Positions 58,713-64,000 of a DNA stretch of 64,000 nt are shown here, piece after piece (the first letter of the stretch is position 1; each line of letters opens with the position of its first letter). Location: assembly GCA_964552775.1 (NCBI GenBank), contig CAZKIH010000014.1, forward strand, positions 26,991 through 90,990, given 5' to 3'. The position numbers were made by a program, and so were the translations under genes. This stretch comes from an uncultured Ignavibacteria bacterium. GTDB lineage: Bacteria; Zixibacteria; MSB-5A5; CAIYYT01. Below the pieces are notes generated by a model that saw only the letters and a program-made list of their open reading frames with translations, ran no database searches and was not told the origin of the DNA.

Positions 58713-59712
58713 TTGGCAGCTCGACTACTATCTCAATGGACGGCGTTACCGCCGAAGCCTTGGCGAAATGACGAAGGCCAAGGCAGAAGAGATAGCACGC
58801 GACTATGAACAGCAAATAATCACCGGTCGACTTGGGTTTGAGACCAAGAAGTCGCCGTTACTGAGAGATTTCTGTCAGGATTACTTTGAGTATAGTAAAG
58901 CTAACCACGCGCCCAAGACAAGCAGAGATATTGCATTCACATTTGGCAAGAACTTGATTCCATACTTTGGCGATCAGAGGCTTTCCGAGATCGATTTTGA
59001 GCTAGTAGAGAAGTTCAAACTATCTCGCCGGGGACGAGTCTCAGACTCGACAGTGAACAAAGACCTTCGTTATCTGCGGGCGATGCTCAATTATGCGAAG
59101 TCTGTTGGAAAGATTGATGCCAACAAGATGGCCGGTGTAAAGCTCTTAAGGACGACGACGTGTACGGGCAGAATTCTTGATGAGTCAGAAATTGAGAAGA
59201 TCGGGAGCTCCTCGAATTTCTTGCGCCCACTCTTCCTAACTGCTATTCATACTGGCCTTCGCGCAAACGAACTATTCAACCTGAGCTGGGATGATGTGGA
59301 TTTTGGTGAAAAAACAATCACTGTCAGGGCCAAGGGTGACTGGCACCCCAAAAACTACAAAAATCGTGTTGTCCCGATGACCGAAAGACTGTATGATATC
59401 CTGCTCCAAACTCATAAGAGAGGGCATGTATGTGTCTTCACGTACGAGAATGGAAGAAAGATCAAAGACGTTCGGTCGGCGATAAGAAAACTCTGCGACG
59501 AATTAGACATCGAGATTTTCACCATGCATGATCTTCGCCGAACATTTGCGACATTCATGGGACACGTTGGTGGCGATATCCTCTCTGTGAAAGAAGCAAT
59601 GGGCCACTCAGATGTCCGCACAACGATGGGTTACATGCGCACAGGTCTCGATAGAATTCGCAAAACAGTAAACAAATTGCCGTTTGCTGAAAAACAAAAA
59701 ATCGTAGACTGA
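58684..59712 (+). CDS. int: Tyrosine-type site-specific recombinase/phage integrase
   Basis: N-terminal SAM-like domain plus catalytic domain with TGLRANEL (Arg), HDLRRTFAT (H-x-x-R), HSDVRTTMGYM (catalytic Tyr). Confidence 0.85.
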   Translation: MSRIKKRGNNWQLDYYLNGRRYRRSLGEMTKAKAEEIARDYEQQIITGRLGFETKKSPLLRDFCQDYFEYSKANHAPKTSRDIAFTFGKNLIPYFGDQRLSEIDFELVEKFKLSRRGRVSDSTVNKDLRYLRAMLNYAKSVGKIDANKMAGVKLLRTTTCTGRILDESEIEKIGSSSNFLRPLFLTAIHTGLRANELFNLSWDDVDFGEKTITVRAKGDWHPKNYKNRVVPMTERLYDILLQTHKRGHVCVFTYENGRKIKDVRSAIRKLCDELDIEIFTMHDLRRTFATFMGHVGGDILSVKEAMGHSDVRTTMGYMRTGLDRIRKTVNKLPFAEKQKIVD

Positions 59713-59840
59713 TTTAGGTAATGATTGTGACCATTTGTGACCATGACTTGAAAAAAAGAGCGGAAATTCGACAAAATCAGGCATTTGCCGGAGAATTTCT
59801 GCGAAAAGCTGGAATTGTTAAATTGTTATAGTCGAGTAAC

Positions 59841-61553
59841 TTACTCATAAGTCGTTAGAAAGCCGGTGTAGCTCAGTTGGTAGAGCAGCTGATTTGTAAT
59901 CAGCTGGTCGGGGGTTCGAGTCCCTTCACCGGCTTTTAACATTGTGGATGTTTGGTCTGTTAAGACGTTGACTGGCTGAATGTTACCGTAGATGGTAATC
60001 TCTCGATCCTCTGATGTTCCGGAAATCTTTACAGTCAATCGACCAGGAAACATCCTGTCAAAATGCCTCTTGATCTCGGATACAGTAGTTGTCGTCTGCA
60101 ATTTTTGAGCTACTGTTACCAGCAACTCTCTGACGCGCTCTGGTCTAAACTGTCGCGCAGAGATGTCCTCGCTCGCCTGAGAGTTCAATTTTTGCGTGAC
60201 TGCGGTCAGTTCACGTTCCTTCTGCCTTAGTCTCTCCGACACCGACTCCGATGCTTTCCCGGCTTCGATGTAATCGACGAGCGATTCAATTGCGTTCTTA
60301 AGTTCTCGCGATTTCTTAGAAAGCACCGTGCGATTCTCAACTAAGCTGGTCTTCTTGGAGGCCATATGTTGAGTGACCATCCCGGTCAGTCTGTCGACAA
60401 CGCTCCTTGAAACAAGTAGGCGCTGCAACCCCGCAGTCACATTCGAATCGACCTCATCACATGGAATTCTTTGATTGCAGCGACAGAATGCAGTACCGCG
60501 ATTTCTATAGCCATTGCAAACGTAGCCTGCCCAGTTCTTGCCCGATTTTCCGCCGACGTATGATGATCCGCATTCCGAGCATTTCAGTAGTCCAGAAAGC
60601 AGGTAGACTCCACGAGGTCCGGAGCGGAGCCGTTTCGGTCCATGATCATCGTTCAATGTTGTTTGAACCGCATCCCAAATCTCTTGCGGAATGATTCGAA
60701 GCGTATCGTCGATACGTTCGATCCAGTCCTCGGACGACTTGGGGCGACTCGAGCGCTTTGAAAATGACGTTTTCTTAATTGAGCGCGATTTGTTCCAAGT
60801 CCAGTCACCGATGTACTTGCGCTGACGTAACATACTTCTAATGGTCGAACTCGTCCAAGAGCCTGTCCGGGTTCCTTTGCCTGCGAATGGAGCTGGAATG
60901 CCTGATTCATTTAGGATTTTCGCTATTGACCTGAAGCCGTGGCCGTCCCGGCGCAAGTTGAATACACGTTTGACGATTTTAGCCTCGTCTGGACGTATTA
61001 CGGTTTTGACTCCATGGCGGCGCGGACGACCGAATTTGTCGTTTCCTGCTCCTTCGATTAGCTCAGATTGGGAGGAGTAGCCGAAGAGTTTACCCCCTGC
61101 TGAGTATCCTCGAATTACCTGGCCCTTCAAACCGCGAGTGATCTTGGCTTTGAGTTCGTCGAGAAAGAACTCGTTGGTTAAGCTCTTGAAGTAATAGGGC
61201 AATTTGCCTGAATCCAGTGAAGTGTCGATTCCGTCAGCGACTGCCACAATGGATACCTCAAGCACTCTGAGTTCCCGAAATACCTGAAGCGATTCAACAG
61301 CGTCGCGTCCAAGTCGGGACAAATCATCGACGACGATTGCATCAAAATGATTGGCGAGTGCTGCCCGCTTGAGGTCTTGATATGCGTCGCGATTAGTCTC
61401 GAGTCCGCTGATTGCTTCATCGGCATAAACGTGACTCTCGCTGAAGCTCCAACCTTTTCGATGAATGAAGTCAGTACATTCTCGAACTTGATCGGCTATT
61501 GAAGTCTTCTTCTGGGCGTCGCTGGAATATCTGGCGTAGATTGCACAATTCAT
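59841..61553 (-). CDS. Large serine recombinase (resolvase/invertase N-terminal domain plus recombinase domain plus zinc ribbon); the ORF's last about 30 codons are antisense to tRNA-Thr
   Basis: MNCAIYARYSSDAQ...SIADQ (catalytic Ser region), DDLSRLGRD, recombinase domain, CSECGSSY...CNGYRNRGTAFC zinc ribbon, coiled-coil tail; no stop until 59841, beyond the tRNA. Confidence 0.85.
   Translation of the reverse strand: MNCAIYARYSSDAQKKTSIADQVRECTDFIHRKGWSFSESHVYADEAISGLETNRDAYQDLKRAALANHFDAIVVDDLSRLGRDAVESLQVFRELRVLEVSIVAVADGIDTSLDSGKLPYYFKSLTNEFFLDELKAKITRGLKGQVIRGYSAGGKLFGYSSQSELIEGAGNDKFGRPRRHGVKTVIRPDEAKIVKRVFNLRRDGHGFRSIAKILNESGIPAPFAGKGTRTGSWTSSTIRSMLRQRKYIGDWTWNKSRSIKKTSFSKRSSRPKSSEDWIERIDDTLRIIPQEIWDAVQTTLNDDHGPKRLRSGPRGVYLLSGLLKCSECGSSYVGGKSGKNWAGYVCNGYRNRGTAFCRCNQRIPCDEVDSNVTAGLQRLLVSRSVVDRLTGMVTQHMASKKTSLVENRTVLSKKSRELKNAIESLVDYIEAGKASESVSERLRQKERELTAVTQKLNSQASEDISARQFRPERVRELLVTVAQKLQTTTTVSEIKRHFDRMFPGRLTVKISGTSEDREITIYGNIQPVNVLTDQTSTMLKAGEGTRTPDQLITNQLLYQLSYTGFLTTYE
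59862..59934 (+). tRNA. tRNA-Thr (anticodon TGT), no encoded CCA
   Basis: GCCGGTG-TA-GCTCAGTTGGTAGAGC-A-GCTGA-TTTGTAA-TCAGC-TGGTC-GGGGGTTCGAGTCCCTT-CACCGGC-T: cloverleaf with 7-bp acceptor stem, T-loop GGTTCGAGTCC. Confidence 0.85.
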
Positions 61554-63043
61554 GAAACGGCCTCTCCTGATTGCAATGGAACACTTTGTCCACACTTCTC
61601 GCAATAACTTTCTACGAGATTTGTCTTGATTGAGTAAAATCTCGAAATGCGGAGGTCGTGCTTTACCGTGACTTTCATGCCGCTGGCTCCGAATCGTTGC
61701 ACCGGAATTCCAATGTCGAACAGGTGGGTCTTCTCGCCTGGCGTTCGGTCGTGATTATGCAGGATGATCGCGCAGTCGCAAGCTTCTGCAATTCCGCCAG
61801 ATTCTTTGAAGTCGCCAACCGTGGGCTGGTCTTCGAATTCCGCTCTGTTGGCGAGTTGTGAGAGTGCAATCAAAGCCACATTGTATTTTCGCGCTGCGTC
61901 TGCCAGTTGGTTCACAGCCTTTTGGATCGCTGTCGCCCTGGAGTCGCCCTTGTTAGGAATATCTATGCGTTGCAGATAGTCAAGGAGCACAACCTTCACG
62001 CCTTTGCGTGACTGTCGTCGTATATGGCTTGTGATTTGCTCGATTGTCATTCCGGGGCTATCGACTACTTGCAGCGGCCAGTCGTCAACGATGTTCGCAG
62101 CGGTGTCGAGTTGAGACAGTTGAAGAGCGCTTATGTACTGAGTGCCGAGCAACCGTGAATCAACGTTAGCTTGTCGCGAAAGGAGAATGCGGTTGACTTG
62201 ATCGGCTGACATTTCAAGTGAAACAATCAAGCAGGGAATGCGTCTTTCCGCAATCAAGTTCCCGACAAGCTCGGATATGACACTAAGTCCGAATCGTGAT
62301 TTTCCAGTCTTCTTTAAGCCTCCGACCGCATAGTACCGGCCCGGCACGATTCCGCCTGTAAGTTCATCCAAACGCTTATCGATTCCCCACGAATATCCGA
62401 TTCCGCCAGACTTCTTTGCTTCGTGAATAGACTGGAGGGTTTCATATATGGTGACAGTCTTGACAGGATCCAAAAACCGATCCTTCAGAATTTCATCCTC
62501 GAGCTTCGCACGGAAAAGCTGATAGTTGTCCGGTTTGCATATCAGCTCGGACTTGAATCGTTGTAGATTATTGAAGAGTAATTGCTTATCGAAATTCTCT
62601 CTGACTCTTGCAATGTAGTGGGCCGCGTTCTCGGAACTGACGGGATGCTGGCGCAGAAGTCCCAGAGAGATCTCTGGGGAGCTGCCTTCTTCGATTGACC
62701 TTTTGCACTTCGAAGCAAGTTCCTGAAGTCGGTCAATCAGGCTTACGTCGTCAACTTCGATTTGCTCGGCCATGAGTCCGTAAACAGCATCTGCGATTCG
62801 ACGCGCCAACGGCGAGGCAAACATCTCTTGCGGCACTGTCTCGGAGATTTGATCGCGTGAGTCGCGATCCGTGGCAAGCAGAACGGCCAGATACTCTTCT
62901 GCGGCGACGTCTGGTTCGATAACCTGTGATTCGAGATTAGTATTCTGCAAGCGGTAGTCCTTTCCTTTCCTTGTGACCGTTTTGGCTGAAATAGCGCATG
63001 AATTGAGTTCTGAAAACGCCGAGCCCGCGATCGGTGCCGGCAA
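61550..63043 (-). CDS. Phage/plasmid-type DnaB-like replicative helicase (intact)
   Basis: DnaB N-terminal domain (EEYLAVLLATDRDSRDQ...), Walker A VGGLKKTGKS, LIVSLEMSADQ, Walker B VVLLDYLQ, ALSQLAN; stop overlaps the recombinase start (coupled); true start may be internal to 63043. Confidence 0.8.
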   Translation of the reverse strand: MPAPIAGSAFSELNSCAISAKTVTRKGKDYRLQNTNLESQVIEPDVAAEEYLAVLLATDRDSRDQISETVPQEMFASPLARRIADAVYGLMAEQIEVDDVSLIDRLQELASKCKRSIEEGSSPEISLGLLRQHPVSSENAAHYIARVRENFDKQLLFNNLQRFKSELICKPDNYQLFRAKLEDEILKDRFLDPVKTVTIYETLQSIHEAKKSGGIGYSWGIDKRLDELTGGIVPGRYYAVGGLKKTGKSRFGLSVISELVGNLIAERRIPCLIVSLEMSADQVNRILLSRQANVDSRLLGTQYISALQLSQLDTAANIVDDWPLQVVDSPGMTIEQITSHIRRQSRKGVKVVLLDYLQRIDIPNKGDSRATAIQKAVNQLADAARKYNVALIALSQLANRAEFEDQPTVGDFKESGGIAEACDCAIILHNHDRTPGEKTHLFDIGIPVQRFGASGMKVTVKHDLRISRFYSIKTNLVESYCEKCGQSVPLQSGEAVS

Positions 63044-63692
63044 CGAATTTGTCAGTGTCGTAAAGGAATTTTATCGCACACTGTCGCAAAATTTCCAATT
63101 CGATTCCCTCTCTCAGTATCTCTTTGATCTTCGCTTGATCCTTCCCATGTGTAGGGATATACTTCACCCCCATGGCCTTTTCGTATTCAGAGCAGAACCA
63201 GGTCAGAAATTCAAGCACGCGCGGATCACCAATTTCCTTATTTCCCTTATTACCTTTATTATATTCCTGCCCTTTGCGTGCCCTTGTCGTGCCCTCCACG
63301 GTTCTTTCTTGTGCCCCTGAGTTCGATAAAGGATTGTATTCGTTATAGTTGACTATGGTAATCATCGTGCCCTTTTTTCCGGCTTCCATTGTGATGTATC
63401 CGCGAGTTCTCAAATTCCCAAGAAATCCGCGGACCTTTTTGATCGACCAGCGCCAACGTTGGGCGAGATATGAGTATGAGAATACCTGGCTTCCGCGTTC
63501 TACGGTGATCAGTTTTCCATCAATGAGTCGCCCCTGATCAGTGCCACGGACACTAAGAAGTAGGTCGAGTTTGGCTTCTTGTTTAGTGAACGGCCGGCGC
63601 TCCTGAATCGGCGAAGTCTCATCCTCAAAGAATGACCGATAGAGCCGAATGTAGCCGGTCGAGAGCTTGTCAGGATTCGCGCTACATGCCAT
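62937..63692 (-). CDS. Replication-initiator / replisome-organizer-like protein (hypothetical)
   Basis: GYIRLYRSFFEDE...LAQRWRWSIKKVRGFLGNLRTRGYITMEAG resembles winged-helix phage replication proteins (inference); Lys-rich linker; located upstream of dnaB. Confidence 0.45.
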   Translation of the reverse strand: MACSANPDKLSTGYIRLYRSFFEDETSPIQERRPFTKQEAKLDLLLSVRGTDQGRLIDGKLITVERGSQVFSYSYLAQRWRWSIKKVRGFLGNLRTRGYITMEAGKKGTMITIVNYNEYNPLSNSGAQERTVEGTTRARKGQEYNKGNKGNKEIGDPRVLEFLTWFCSEYEKAMGVKYIPTHGKDQAKIKEILREGIELEILRQCAIKFLYDTDKFVAGTDRGLGVFRTQFMRYFSQNGHKERKGLPLAEY

Positions 63693-63993
63693 TTGAATCC
63701 AGCCTTTTGATTCTGTAATTCAGTGCCGCAGCCTTGTCGTCGAGATAAGCTTCGTGATCCTCGGCGTCAGCGATAATAGTGTAGTATTGGCACTTAGTGA
63801 TAAGTCCGCATCTAAGTCGCACTTTCGCAAATTTGACTCTGAAGGCATGTTCCTCGGCGAGGCGGATCACAATCTCGCGACACTTGCGGAGCTCCGCTCT
63901 CTTGCGGTGAATCTCAAGCTGTTTCTGAGTGGTCACTTCAGTAATGGCGAAAGTGGGCCGGGTAGTCTTTGTGAATCCGAGTGGAAGCGTCAC
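63682..63993 (-). CDS. Hypothetical element-borne protein (may extend past window end)
   Basis: 103-aa ORF on the same strand as the replication genes. Confidence 0.3.
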   Translation of the reverse strand: MTLPLGFTKTTRPTFAITEVTTQKQLEIHRKRAELRKCREIVIRLAEEHAFRVKFAKVRLRCGLITKCQYYTIIADAEDHEAYLDDKAAALNYRIKRLDSNGM

Positions 63994-64000
63994 GCCTTTG

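Larger units (their letters stand above)
56480..64000. mobile_element. Integrated mobile-element hotspot around tRNA-Thr: remnant element on the 5' side (ori-like repeats, truncated dnaB, xis, int) and a second element on the 3' side (serine recombinase, dnaB, initiator), running off the window
   Basis: Gene content plus a composition shift (AT-rich 56480-57100) relative to the flanking GC-rich chromosome. Confidence 0.6.

Noticed and set aside
59841-59934. Whether the tRNA-antisense tail of the serine recombinase is a genuine coding extension
   Set aside because: This is not rejected as an observation, but I do not claim it is functional protein. An open antisense frame across a 73-nt tRNA can occur by chance; it is reported as a finding instead.

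Overview
This is a roughly 55% GC chromosomal segment, probably from an uncultivated Gram-negative bacterium that uses a type IX secretion system (T9SS). Two signatures support this: T9SS type-A C-terminal sorting domains (...NPFNP...KKMVLMK) and dockerin-like Ca-binding repeat pairs. The FCB superphylum or a related candidate division is a guess only. All coordinates rely on the supplied ORF track plus codon counting; where I re-indexed by hand there may be an error of 1 nt.

Housekeeping genes: ispF (5' partial), a DedA-family membrane protein, ddl, a Ski2-like DExH helicase, an M42 aminopeptidase, cysS, a HAD-like hydrolase, and a signal peptidase I that carries an N-terminal zinc ribbon. 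There is also a three-gene operon of an octaheme cytochrome c, a Tat-exported 4Fe-4S protein and an NrfD/PsrC-type membrane protein, followed by a DinB-like protein.

Most of the coding capacity goes to very large secreted surface proteins, 679 to 2021 aa. They combine beta-helix, cadherin-like, BACON, LamG, FG-GAP, SBBP beta-propeller, PKD and cohesin-like modules. Six proteins carry dockerin-like repeats; five of them end in near-identical dockerin modules, and three of the six also carry a T9SS sorting domain.

Three items deserve the most attention:
- An operon at 34093-38443 encodes a divergent sigma-70-like protein, a ZAS-type anti-sigma factor (H-x3-C-x2-C) and a membrane protein with a cytoplasmic Lon-like S16 protease domain plus a large extracytoplasmic domain. 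Together they look like a candidate new signal-transduction module.
- A gene for a dockerin/PKD protein is split by a single in-frame UGA. That UGA is followed at canonical spacing by a SECIS-like hairpin with a GGUC-containing loop and creates a U-G-Y-C motif.
- Integrative elements sit on both sides of a tRNA-Thr gene. The 5' side carries a tyrosine integrase, an excisionase, a truncated DnaB-like helicase and an AT-rich iteron/palindrome region. The 3' side carries a large serine recombinase whose ORF runs antisense through the tRNA, an intact DnaB-like helicase and an initiator-like protein.

Smaller observations: a GAF-PP2C phosphatase next to a TPR Ser/Thr kinase with an apparent 3' frameshift, and several families of small palindromic repeats. 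No rRNA and no CRISPR array were seen.
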